Shown: piece by piece, positions 1 to 13,928 of the stretch
Layout: every line of letters begins with the position of its first letter
Position numbering within the stretch: the stretch's first letter is position 1
Origin: Folioceros fuciformis
Taxonomy: Eukaryota
DNA: 35,595 nt
Direction of reading: 5' to 3'
NCBI GenBank assembly: GCA_049999805.1
Contig: JBNGIO010006255.1
Location: 185,701 to 221,295, forward strand
Made by a program: the position numbers and the translations under genes
The notes under the pieces: generated by a model
Databases searched by the model: none
What the model saw: only the letters and a program-made list of their open reading frames with translations
What the model was told of the DNA's origin: nothing

Positions 1-1626
1 GTCACAGAGTGCGGGTGAGGCGAATGGGGTTCGAACTCTGGGTGACGTGGGGGGCCTCGGATTCCGGATGGGTTTGTTGTTTTCCGCAATTATCCGAAGG
101 GATCGTTGGCGGAGCGGGATTGGGATGGGGGGATTGGCACTCCCACTGTCACTGGCACGGCCACAAATTGTGCCCTGACCTGACCCAAATTTCCTTTCCT
201 CTCCTTTCCTTTCCTTGGCTTCGTCTCGTGGAGGAAGCGAGAGGCCAAATTACAGAGGGGCACGGGGCGATTGTCTTAACTGGGGCTGATTGTTCCAGAA
301 GCTGCCGCTGCCGCTGCTCCTGCCGCCGCCAGTTATGGGAAATGCGACGCTGCCACGTTGCGTCGGGGTCAGTGGTGAGGCCCTAAGGGTAATGGCATTG
401 TAAGGGTAATGGAGGGCATGAGCATTGATAAGGTAAGCCGAGGTCCCACCCACCGTTTGGCCAGCGCGCTGCCAACGTGGTGAGCAGGGCCGAGGAGCAA
501 GGCTCTCACGTTCCCATGAGGAGGGTCGTTTTCCCACAGTGCAACTTGCAATTCCAGGGAAAGTGCACCACTGTGAGTAGGTGCGTTCACAGGACCCAGC
601 CTAGCCTACCATTCAAGCCTGCTCCTCATGTCCACCTTCCGTGGCTGCAGCACCCTGCACTTGCAAGCACTTGCTGCCCTTGTGACTCTTCTCTCCCTTC
701 TTGAGCCCACCACCAACCCACCGTCCCCTCATCCCTCCTTCCCTCGCTCCCTCCTCCCCCCCTTCACGTCATCCTCCTTCCTCTCCACGACTCGTGCTCC
801 ATCCCAGACGTGATACCTAGCTAGCTAGCTACCTATCTGCTGCCTCCTGTCGATGCCTGTGCGGCGACTCGCGTTTCGTCTCGCCTCGTCTGATGCTCTA
901 CTCCAGCAAACGTGGGGAAGGAAGGAATGTTTTCGCTGTTCCCGCGACTCGAACTCCGCATCACCCGATTCCCAGAGTTATACTTGTTAACCCACCGGGA
1001 CGTATGAGAGAGGGAACACCTGTTTTGGAACATAGTGAACTAGACTTCACGAGCGTTTGTTTTCTCTCTCCCCGGGTCAGGCATGCATGGACCTTACAGA
1101 TCCTCCCACGTTTGCACAAGAGAGAACACAATGCACAGCACAGAGGAGGGTGCCCATGCCCGGCCCTGAGCCTCAGGGAACGGGATTCCTGCTCATCCGG
1201 ACCACCGCGAGCTGAGATGGGGATTTAACCAAATCTACCGTCACAGAACTTGATAGCCAGGGCAACAAATGCAACCTCACAAGGAGACCTGCCCCATTTG
1301 AGTCTCCCATTTATCACTCGAGATGCGCAGGCTGTGCACACCAGTTCACACACCAGTTCACGGAAGTGCATAATTTCCGAGGTGGAGAAGGACACACGGA
1401 TTCACCATTCCCACTCATCCTGGGACGCCCAGAAATTAGGATCAGGATTGATGAGAAACAGATCGACGTGACAGTGGGGTTGTCTTCTTGCCTGCAAATA
1501 TCTTGGTGGTGCTGTTCTAAGTGGGTACGATCCTCATAGTTTTCCGAACTCCATAGATGGGCTCTGTGACGTAATGAGTCCCATCTCCCCCCTTCCCCGC
1601 CCCCCCCCGGCTTGACACGTTTGCGT

Positions 1627-1726
1627 NNNNNNNNNNNNNNNNNNNNNNNNNNNNNNNNNNNNNNNNNNNNNNNNNNNNNNNNNNNNNNNNNNNNNNNNNN
1701 NNNNNNNNNNNNNNNNNNNNNNNNNN
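1627..1726. other. Assembly gap (100 N), true size unknown
   Basis: Run of exactly 100 N, a conventional placeholder. Sequence 1-1626 may not be contiguous with the rest. Confidence 0.98.
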
Positions 1727-2626
1727 TCCTTGTGGGTTTCAACCTACCACTCACCGTTCTTTCCACGTTGAAGATTTTGTATTTTTATGTTAATAAAAGA
1801 AAAAGAAAAGTAGGCGTGGAAGTTTCTTTTTAATAAAATGCGCTGTCAAAGTGACCTCCTGCACATAGCCACCCACTCATCATGAGATCGTGTGGAAGAA
1901 CTCCCGATGGCATGGGGCATGCTATGGGGTATGGAGTCTGTAGCCGTAATCCGGGACAGGGACGCACCGGAGGAGAAGTCGAGCCTGCTTCTGTCAAGAT
2001 AAGTGAGAGATAAAGAAGATAGATAAGAAACAATATTATATGGAGATGCTTGGTGTGCGAGACAGACGCAGACAAGGCACGAAGAGGAGGCGAGGGAGGA
2101 CCAGGGACAGACCCGTCTATTGATGATTGGCATGAGAGCATCCGTCCAACCAGATGGTCTTGCGTGTGCCGGTCACGGCGGTTTGGCCTGTGAGCGGGTG
2201 GTGTCAGAGCACGCTCAGCATAGGATATTGGTCCCCGGGAAGGACTGGTGTCTTCCCATGGCTCCTGTTGCGGTTGGTGCTTGATAGCCACTATGGCTCG
2301 ACAGATCATGTTCAGTCCGGACCCTTGTTCACGCCTTCCCATCAATCACCTCGTCCGTAGGGCAGGAGCAAAGATGGAATGACGGGATGCGGTCAGGGAG
2401 GAGGCTGCCGTGGGAAGAGGAGAAGTGCGTGCTCGTAGGGGCATCGAGAATGGGAAGTACATTGAGCTATACCTTCCTCTGCTAGGAATCGAAGAGAAAA
2501 AAGTTCCCGACCAGGTGGGAATTGCCATCCACCTGAAAGAATCGTGATACCACTTACAAATACGGCTTGCTCTACCACCACGACGGGGTGGCATGCGCCT
2601 GCAGCCAGGGATGGGACGTGACATGG

Positions 2627-4984
<2,358 letters not shown>

Positions 4985-5493
4985 GGTGCACCGAATGCTG
5001 TGCGAGCGAACGCCGGTAGGCTGGAAAGCTGAGATCCGCCGAAGAGAAAGCCCTGATCGACGCGCTCGATTCTCTCTCTCTCCCTCGAGATAAATAGTGT
5101 GCGGAAAAAGAACTTGAAAAAAAAGTCTCCCTTCCGCGGCTTCCACTCCTGCAACAGTGCATTGCATTCGATGATAAGAGATCTCTTTTTCCAAATGACA
5201 GGATAATGGAAAACCGCCTCGAGTTCACATATGTGAAGTGCACTCGCTCGCTTCCCCAACAGATTCCCACGACTTCATCCTGGTGCCGGTGGCACCGGAA
5301 TGCTCGATATTGGCCAAGCATCTTCCCGTGTTTTCTGGCGCTGCCTTGTCGCTTGCTGCTGGAATGGACGCCTGGATGAGCGGAAGGTCAATTCGCTGGG
5401 TGAGTGGAGGAGTAGGAGGAGGAACACAGACTGCTGTTTTGCTCCACTGCCCATTCTGAATGCAGCTGGGCGAGCTGGTTTGAGAGCTGAAGC

Positions 5494-7481
5494 ATGGCAG
5501 GAAGCTGCTCTGTCGCCGGTGGGAGCAGCAATGTTATGGCACTATTCCCACACAACAATAGCGGAGCCTTGAGGGGGCATTCGGGGAAGATTGGAGTTTG
5601 CAGCTCCAGCGGGTCTTGGGATGGGGAAGCGTTGGGCAGAGTCGTGAGGCTAGCTGCCCGGCGTCATTTTGCAGCTGCTAGACGTGGGTTGGGATTCAGA
5701 ACGTGTGGACGAGTTGTTGGAGCACGCTTGGAGAGTCAGGGACCTAGCCCAGTTTCTTTGTTGATCACCAAGGAGGAGGAGAAACTGAGCCGAGGAACTC
5801 TTCTCTGGAGGGCTGCCAAGCCTCCCATTTACTCAGTTGCTCTCATTCCCTGCTCGGTCAGTGATAGTCCCTTGACATGTATGACTCCAATCCCTGTGTT
5901 CTCTTTGGATGTCCCAATGCTAATGACCTGGATGAGCAGGTTGCGGCAGCAGCTGCCTATGTGGAATCAGGACAATTCCTCGGACCTCAGTATCTGCTCA
6001 TGCTGCTGTCAGGAGCTCTCATCATTGCCTGGCTGAATTTAAGGTGTGACTAAGTATGTAGGTTCATGTCCATCCATGCCCATGGCATCAGTCGTTTTAC
6101 AGGGTGGACTTACTCTGTTGCCCTTGGCTCCTGCAGCAACGATGTTTTTGATTTCGAGGCAGGCATAGATGGAAACAAGAAGGAGTCCGTGGTCAACATC
6201 ACAGGAAGGTCCACACTGCACCACATGTTTCAGTCTCGATCAATGACCAGTGCAGTCGTGAGAATGAAGCCTGACAGGAGATCTGTTGCAGGTTAAAGGA
6301 AGTGTATCTGGCTGGAAACATTTGCCTGGCACTGGGTTTGGGAGGGTTTTTGTGGGCTGCTCAACCAACAGGCAACATGTGGATTCCAGCTCTTGCAGCT
6401 CTGTCTGTTTCTTGTGGTTTTTTATACCAGGTTCGAAGCCATCCCATCTCCACCCCTCGCCCCGAAACCCAGCCCTCCTCACAGACGTTAACTTCAAAGC
6501 CTTGTGATGCTTACCAGGGGCCACCGTTCCGCTGGGGTCACCTGGGGCTGGGAGAACCCCTGGTATTTGTTGCAGCAGGCCCTTGTATCACCACGGCTTT
6601 CTACCTCGGGTTCGCTCCCGTCAGGTTTGTGAAAGAGCCCATATTTTCTGCTCAGGGATCGTCTCCATTCGATGACTCACGTGTTGCTGAATCAGTAGCC
6701 TGGCTTGTCATGCAGTGGATCTTTACCTCTTTCTGTCACAATAGCTGGTTGTTCCGTTCTCGTCGGCATAACAACCAGCCTCATCCTCTTGTGTAGCCAC
6801 TTCCATCAGGTATTGTCTGATGCGTGCTAGCGCGCGATGTCCTTATTCCACATCGTTCGCCGATTTATAGTGACCACCTTTTTGCTCGCACTGCCAGATA
6901 GAGGAGGACATTGCCGCCAACAAGATTTCCCCCCTTGTAAGCCAGCTGGACGCTATCACCTCGAAAGTCTCTTGATGCTCAATTCATGCTACATTTCCTG
7001 ACCACTGCAGTGTCGTAACAGGTTCGGTTGGGAACGTTTAACGGATCAAGAGTTGTTGCTGCCTCAGTAGTGGGACTGTATTCTGCCTTAGCTGGGATGG
7101 TGGCTCTGAAGGCGCTGCCACTTTCGTGTGCGGTGCGTTTATGAATTTTAGCTCCCTTGGCTTCCAGGTTGTGTATCAACTATCCCCTTCCCTGACTTGG
7201 AATTGTGGCCACAGGTGACTTCGCTGCTGACGATTCCAGTAGGAAAGCTGGTGATCGACTTCGTGACAGAGAATCATGCCGTGAGTTGGCCTAAAAGTGT
7301 CGTCTCCTTCCAGAACTTCATGAAAGAATCTTGACTTGTGTTGTTGCAACCACGCACGCAGGACAAGGAAAAGATCTTCATGGCCAAGTACTTCGCTGTG
7401 AGGCTACATGTGGCGCATGGGATGGCTTTGGTCGCCGGATTGCTACTGTCTGCAGGGGTGCCACTTTCACATTTATGGTGA
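5494..7481 (+). CDS. menA: 1,4-dihydroxy-2-naphthoate phytyltransferase (UbiA family, phylloquinone synthesis), multi-exon, with probable plastid transit peptide
   Basis: Exons encode LLWRAAKPPIYSVALIP, IIAWLNLSNDVFDFEAGIDGNKKESVVNITG, YQGPPFRWGHLGLGEPLVFVAAGP, LILLCSHFHQIEEDIAANKISPL, VRLGT and DKEKIFMAKYFAVRLH...LW* (TGA 7479-7481). These match plant ABC4 and cyanobacterial MenA motifs. The Ser/Arg-rich N-terminus looks like a transit peptide; the start codon is less certain. Confidence 0.93.
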
Positions 7482-7558
7482 CGTCTTCGGCACCTCATAA
7501 CCCACATTGGGGAATGTATGTAGACATTTCTTTGTATATTCATGGGTGACTACAGGAG

Positions 7559-10164
7559 TCAAATGACTGTCACAACGCGATTGCTCACGACATTCTTGCC
7601 GAAGCATCCAGTCGGACCTCCTGTAGGCCCATTTTTACCTAAGTACGGAGCCATGTCCCCTGTTTCTAAAAACACCTCCTGACTTTTATCACCGCGCCAG
7701 ATTATTAAATGCAATACCTGCCCGACGACTGATCCTTCCACTAGTCTCTGTAGTTGGACGCTGCTGGACACATCCGATCCATCGACTCGGACAATGACAT
7801 CTCCGGATCTCAGGCCCGCAATGGCAGCTGGGGAATCTGGAGACACCTACATTGCAAACATATGTCAGCCTGCGTCGAATAAGCCTTAACACTGGCTGTG
7901 CTGTGATTGTGGTTGTCCCCGACCTTTACAATCAGGACACCCTGAGCTTCTGTTATTGGGACTCCTGTGTTCGGGTCAGCGTTGTAGTGTCTTGCGAGGT
8001 CAACAGATAATGTGGCCTGTAATCCAAGGACACAAGACGCCAATATGAGTGAGGAGAAACGAATTGGAGGCTAACACAAAATGAAAGGCTCACCATCTGA
8101 ATTCCAAGAAAGGGGTGCTCAACCGGCTTCCCTTGGCCTAGCGCTTCCATGATCTTTCTTGCCTGCATCATCTCCACCGAGACCTTGATAAGATTCAACA
8201 TATCAAGCACCACGATATCGACAATGTACAAATCAGTACCTTATTGATAGGGATCGCGAAGGATATGCCCTCGGCATCTGCTCGAATCGCTGTATTGATG
8301 CCAATGACCTGTGCGAACAGGGTGTTTGAGGAACAGAAAATCCATGACATCCTCTCTTCAATCATCATCATATCATATGCGTGTGGCAGCCTGACCTCCC
8401 CAAACTCGTTGACAAGTGGTCCCCCTGAATTCCCTGGGTTGATGGCACAGTCTGTTTGAAGGAAGTCCAACCTTTTATCAGGTATGCCCACCTGGAAGCA
8501 GAAGGAACCTGTTAAGTCTAGCCAGCTGACCTGCAAATGGTATGTTAATGACAGACAAACCTCTGCAGCTGTGCGGTGCAGGTTACTGATTATGCCTAGG
8601 CTAACGGTGTTGTCAAGCCCAAAGGGATTCCCGACCTGCGCCCATTTAAGTCATCAGGAGATTACTAAGCTAGAGTTGGATGTAACCGCCGCATTTCACC
8701 AGCTAAGAACAGATTGCTGAGTGGGAGGAGTAGTTGTTTTGTCTACAGAGACACACTCAAACAGTTTACCGCTATGACCCAGTCACCAAGCTCCACGGTG
8801 CGACTGTCACCAAGAAGAGCAGTAGGAAGAATATCGCCTTCAGCATGTGGAACCTGCATTCCAATTGAGAATTCTATCATGAGGACAGGTGCATTTGCTT
8901 CCAACAGAACAACTACCCGTTTTACAAAGAAAAAGGCTGACCTTGATAAGAGCTATATCTGTGATGTCATCTGTACCTGCCACCTCACCTTCAAAACTTC
9001 TGCCATCAGTGAATGTGACCTATAAAACAAAGATCCTGCAAGTTAAAGGGTGAGAAATATCCAAAAAGATTTCAGAATCAACTGTGGCCATGTTTTCATC
9101 ACACCAAACCGCATGCTTGTATCTACCTTCACTCTATCTGCACCCTTCACAACGTGTGCATTTGTAACAATCATCCCTTGATGACCGTCAAATACGAATC
9201 CACTCCCTCTGCAAATAGAGCAACCCGATTTGAAAGCGTTAGCAGAACATCTGGATCAGATAGGGTTTGAGGAAACAAATGGACTGCAAGGAAGCGTCAG
9301 TATCTGACTGGCCACGCTCCCGTCGAAACTTGCGAGGAACCTGAAGCTCTGTCTCCCCAAACCATTGCCGGAAAAGGTGATCACGGTTTTCTACTACTTC
9401 CTGCTCTCCGGTGGGAAAGTCCCTGATGATGATTGAGGGAAATGAGCTCAGCTGATTTGGAAGACTTCCCTATGCATTAGCAATGATCTTGCAGGAAATA
9501 CCAGAGATCGCAGAAAAAACATCACTAACCTTTCGGTGTCAAGACGCACCACTGCAGGTCCTACGCTGTTAGCAGCACTTTTAACAAAGGAATTACTTTT
9601 CCTCCTACGGCTTGGTCCAATTCCTACAAAGGAAACACTGGAATGGGCCTTCCCTTCCATTCCTACTTGACAACGTTTCTCCAGCTCATAGGGCATCGTT
9701 GACTTATACACGGCAACTTTCCTCTGTGCACCTTGCATCTCATTATTGGCACTCTCCCTCATTAGCCTGCTGGTGTCCACTATTGGGACAACAAGTAGAC
9801 GCCCATGTCTCCCTTCAGAGAAAATGATGTCAGAAGAAGAGTGATTCAGCTGCTCTACCGCCAAGGAGTGTGAAGCACCAGGTGAACTACAAACAGTAAT
9901 CATAGCCCCAGAAGCTCCATAGACAAAGCACAGGGCAAAGTATAGACAGTTGCACAACTTTTTCAAGGCAACCATCTTCAATAGGTCCACCAACGATGGA
10001 CATTTTGGATATGTCGTGGGACAGTTCAATTTCCCAGCACAGCTCACTCCAGCTGCAAAAAATATAAGGGGCGTCAGACGCTAATTCCAAGGACTCAGAA
10101 TCACCGCCTCTGCCGAACAGCTGCAACGAGCTTAGGGCCATGCTCATCTCACCCTGGTGGCACA
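7559..10164 (-). CDS. Deg/HtrA serine protease with one PDZ domain, cyanobacterial HhoA-like, about 11-12 exons; N-terminus uncertain
   Basis: Spliced product: [22 protein letters not shown]...RERGQGSGFVFD...TNAHVV (His), TDIALIK (Asp), [53 protein letters not shown] (Ser), [63 protein letters not shown] intron at about 10053-10152 joins an upstream exon in frame; the first in-frame ATG is at about 10164. Confidence 0.9.
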
Positions 10165-11200
10165 TTTGGCGGAGACCAGATAAGGACTTGCACACGAATT
10201 GTTCTGGACCTGTCGGATTGGTCCACGTTTGCCTGAAGAATGAGCCAGAAGAGAATCCGTTACCACCGAAGATCTGAACCTTGCGATGCAATGTGAGCTG
10301 AACCGGAAAAGTTACCTCCCGAATTTAGGCCATTCTCTTCGTCCGAGTACGGGCCCCGACGTGCGAAATGCATGCCAGGATAAATTGGCCTTGCAAGATA
10401 GCAAGCACCAGCTTGCGGCAACAGGCTCGGCTGACGATTGCGCGCTCCTCCAGCACTCTAAGCGCAGAGTCATGCTTTCCCTTTGACAAGAAAGACCAAA
10501 CTTTGTGCCGTGAAGCAGTAATCATGCCTTCCTCCTTCCTTGGAGAAGAACGTTCGAGTGGACCAATAATTCTCGGCGTGGGAATTTTCGAGCGTGGAAA
10601 GATTGATTCCTTGGCCCGTGACGTGACTGGCTGGAGCAACTGCTGTGCAAGTTTTACACAAGTGAGCGCACCGCATAGAAGATTGACTGCTATCGAGAGA
10701 TATTTTATCAACAAGTTCAACATCCAACCATCCGCAACAATTGTTCGAGAGCACTGAATTCAGTGCAATCTCTACGTGGCCCAATCCTGCTCACATTTTC
10801 TACATGCAGATTCCAACGAATGGTTGATTTAACTCAAACCAAGTGCCCCCTCAGAAGCTTTTCGTCCCCAGCACTCGGCAGTCCCGACCAACTAAGATAC
10901 AAAGAACGCTGCACCAAGAGCACAAAGAGAAGGAAGAGAGGGGTGTGCTTGGGTCTATACAAGGTTCAACATCTGCAAAGCATTTTGCAGCTTTTGCATC
11001 TGTTGGACTTACCACACTGATTTGATCCTAGAGTAATGGTGATGACTGTCGCCGCCCCACCTCAAGTGCCATCCTCAACCACGGACAACCTCACGACAAG
11101 ATGCATAAAGCGCAAACCAACTGAGCCAATGTGTGCCACTGGCGCTTCTTCACAATCTGAAAGTAGATTCCTAACCACTAGACAGCTTGAGTTCATCCTG

Positions 11201-12355
11201 TTAGAAATAGATCTGCCTACACTGCACTTGTGTCGTCTCCAGTGGGCAATAAGGGCACTTGAACGTTCTAGAATTGCCCTTGGCAAGCTTCTGGATGGAC
11301 TGCTTGCAGAGGACATGGCCACAAGGCATAAGCATGGGAGGGTTTTCAGCTGTGCTCTGCTCCCTAGACACTGGGCAAGCAAATATCGAATGAAACTGAA
11401 ATTCCTTGTCAAGCTCTATTTCTACTGGAAGCTGCTTCATCGCTAGCCACTCATGCTTCTTCTTTGCCATGACTGAGGCCAGCTTGAGAAGCGTGGGCAA
11501 AGCCTGAGAGCCTGCAGTTATGACCACGTGAAGGGGGCTCTCGTATGCCTGCCCTAGGAGACTACAGCACTCCCTGGTGAACTCCAGGGCCACAGCATCC
11601 CAATGAGCCGCAGCAAGCAAGTCCGAATAAGGCGAGGATTCAAGCCTGCCGGCAAACAGCAGGCAACCCATGAGCCTCTGTATGTCTAACATGTGCTGCG
11701 AGGCGAATAGTTCAAAGCAGCTCCGGCCATACTTGAGGGCCGCTGCACGTCCACTAGTGTGGAGCACATGCACGAACTGCAGCTGGTGCAGCTTAAACTC
11801 CAACGACGATCCTTTCTTGTGCAAATCCTCTGTGTGCGCCCTAGCCCACCCAAGAGCTGCCTCCAAATTCCTGTTCTTCATCTGTTCCAGAACCTGATAC
11901 ATCTCATAGAAAGGTGCTTTAAGAGCCAAGGCATCGTGTTGCTGCGTTTCCTGGACAAAGCGGTCCCCAAGATCAAACAGACCCTGCCTGTAGAAGTGGA
12001 GAGCCACTATCTTGTTGATGACATTGCTGTCAAAATCAATTTCCCTGTAAGCTTTGGCGATGTCCAGATTGAACACCTTGTCAAGCACCTTCCCATACTT
12101 GCTGACAGCCAGATTCACCTCTTTCTGCGAAGCCGCAAGCTGGTTGGCAGGTCCCATTTCCGTAAGTCTGGCCTGAAGCTCAACCAGGTAAGGCCTGCAA
12201 TCTGTCGCCTGATTTTCCACCGTCTCCAGAAGCTGCTTGGCTGTTTGCTCAATCTCCTGAATCATCCTGTCTATGACATCCTGAGTCTTGTTATTCGACA
12301 GCTTTTGCTTCTTCGAAACCCGCTCAAATGCATCACGGATGGAAGATAAATCCAT
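11201..12355 (-). CDS. RMND5: RMND5/RMD5/GID2 homolog, RING subunit of the CTLH (GID) E3 ligase complex; intronless CDS, 384 aa
   Basis: LisH (INKIVALHFYRQGLFDLGDRFVQE), CTLH (ALGWA...LEFKLHQLQF), CRA and Gid-type RING (FHSIFACPVSREQSTAENPPMLMPCGHVLC...FKCPYCP...QIYF*). Confidence 0.96.
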   Translation of the reverse strand: MDLSSIRDAFERVSKKQKLSNNKTQDVIDRMIQEIEQTAKQLLETVENQATDCRPYLVELQARLTEMGPANQLAASQKEVNLAVSKYGKVLDKVFNLDIAKAYREIDFDSNVINKIVALHFYRQGLFDLGDRFVQETQQHDALALKAPFYEMYQVLEQMKNRNLEAALGWARAHTEDLHKKGSSLEFKLHQLQFVHVLHTSGRAAALKYGRSCFELFASQHMLDIQRLMGCLLFAGRLESSPYSDLLAAAHWDAVALEFTRECCSLLGQAYESPLHVVITAGSQALPTLLKLASVMAKKKHEWLAMKQLPVEIELDKEFQFHSIFACPVSREQSTAENPPMLMPCGHVLCKQSIQKLAKGNSRTFKCPYCPLETTQVQCRQIYF

Positions 12356-13928
12356 GCCACCCCACGTGCCTGCACCTGGTCACCCCAAACCTGCCCAAGA
12401 AGGAGGCCCAATTGGCCTGAGACAGTTTATGCTTCCTTCACGCCCGCTCCCATGCATCAGCAGCGGAAGATGCACCCATCCTACCTCAAAACCAGCCCGA
12501 CACTGAAATTCAGTTTGTCTGAGACTGGTGAGTGCCTTTTCATGCAACAATTCAGCCATGCCCTGTGGATACCTTCCTGCTTCTACCCTCCAGCAGTGAT
12601 CCCACCCAGTTGCACGCATCCACGCCCTTCAAACAGGTCGTCCTCGCAGACCATTCCGTACGTCTGAGCCTGAGCCTCGAAACAAAAAAGATCAGGATCT
12701 CAACAGGCGACACTAGAGGCCTCCCAGGCACATACCCACAACACCACTGCTAAGATTCAGCCGACACCACCCTCTACGCCCCATCAATCCCAAGCAGTTA
12801 CACAGTAGCCTCTCCAAACCCTGAATTCATCTGTGAACAAAGCAAACGATAACACAAGCCAGCACAGCCAATGGACATGACCAACACCACAAAATCTCCG
12901 CTATACCTCAGCAAGAACTGCATCACACAACCCAGCAGGGTCCCCTAGCAAGCAACAGGGAAGCTTCGTCTCACCAGGCCCTCCACAGTGACATGCGCCA
13001 GCCACTGCTACCCAGCCGCCTACCCTTCCTCCCCAATCCAGCCCCGAGTGCAGCTGTACGCCCGCTGGAGGATTCCAGGCTAAGGCTGGTATCCTCAGCT
13101 TTGACGCCACAAATTCATGCACGCTTCCATGGGCGTGGACCTCGACTAGGGTTAAAAAGAGCCATGTGAAGATGGCCTGTATGTAACCAGATTCCAACCA
13201 AGCACTTCGGCCGCACATCTAGTCAAGCTCATTAATCTTGCCGCCACTTGGATTCTTCAGGATTTCTCGGGCGCAATTATCGAATTATGTAATGCAATCA
13301 ATAGCGACATCATATTTTGAAATCTTGCGACGAGTCTTCTCGCCTCCCCAAAATTTGCTAATCGCTGCGAATTCGCTCGCGACTCAAAGCCAGTTAGCGT
13401 TCCGCTCGCCCCCTTTCGCAAGCACAATCGCACTGATGCTCACAGATTTCACCACACGCTACATTTGCTCCATGACGATTTCACGAGCCATAGAAATTGC
13501 TGCTGTTCTTCCGGTATCCTGCGCACATGGATCCTCAAAGAGCTATGAACTTGATCTGCAACAGCCTCAGAAGGAAATCATCACCGGATCGACAGCTGCC
13601 TGCAGCCAGAAGATCGTGATGGCAACCGCATGTGAAGGCACGATCTGCGGTTACCGCATTCAAGGTCTGGCTGTCAAATTCGATCGAGAGTAGGCGAAGG
13701 CGTTAGTGAGACCAGCTGCCGTTCGCACCACGGCTGCGATTGCCAGCGACCACGAGTGAAGGAGGAGGAGGTGGCCGTAGAACGGTTTCGATTATCTTCA
13801 GTTTCTACAGAGAACCATGACATCGGGAGCGTCAATTCCTTTTTCTCACAGCCAGAGCATTTGCAACACGTTGTCCACAAGGATGCTCAGACGGATGAAG
13901 GCAATGCATCGTCTTTGGACACAGTGAC

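Noticed and set aside
1-1626. Several short ORFs, small repeats (TAAGGGTAATGG twice, TAGC runs, CACACCAGTTCA twice) and a weak hairpin at about 1007-1070
   Set aside because: No protein motif and no conserved miRNA I recognise. The stem is short and relies on GA/TC low complexity. Probably 5' or intergenic sequence of a neighbouring locus, cut off by the gap.
7559-10164. Cyanobacterial contamination as the source of the HhoA-like gene
   Set aside because: It has many GT-AG introns and is contiguous with plant genes.
5494-10164. menA plus HhoA-like protease as a co-transferred cyanobacterial block
   Set aside because: menA is a standard plant nuclear gene, the genes are convergent and both are intron-rich; adjacency is most simply coincidence.
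10325-10723. 132-aa minus-strand ORF upstream of the Deg gene
   Set aside because: No recognisable homology; its stop at 10325 separates it from the Deg frame and no convincing splice link was found.
12380-13900. Short ORFs and small hairpins upstream of RMND5
   Set aside because: Consistent with 5' UTR, intron and promoter sequence. The candidate uORFs match no conserved peptide I know, and stems are 7-8 bp.
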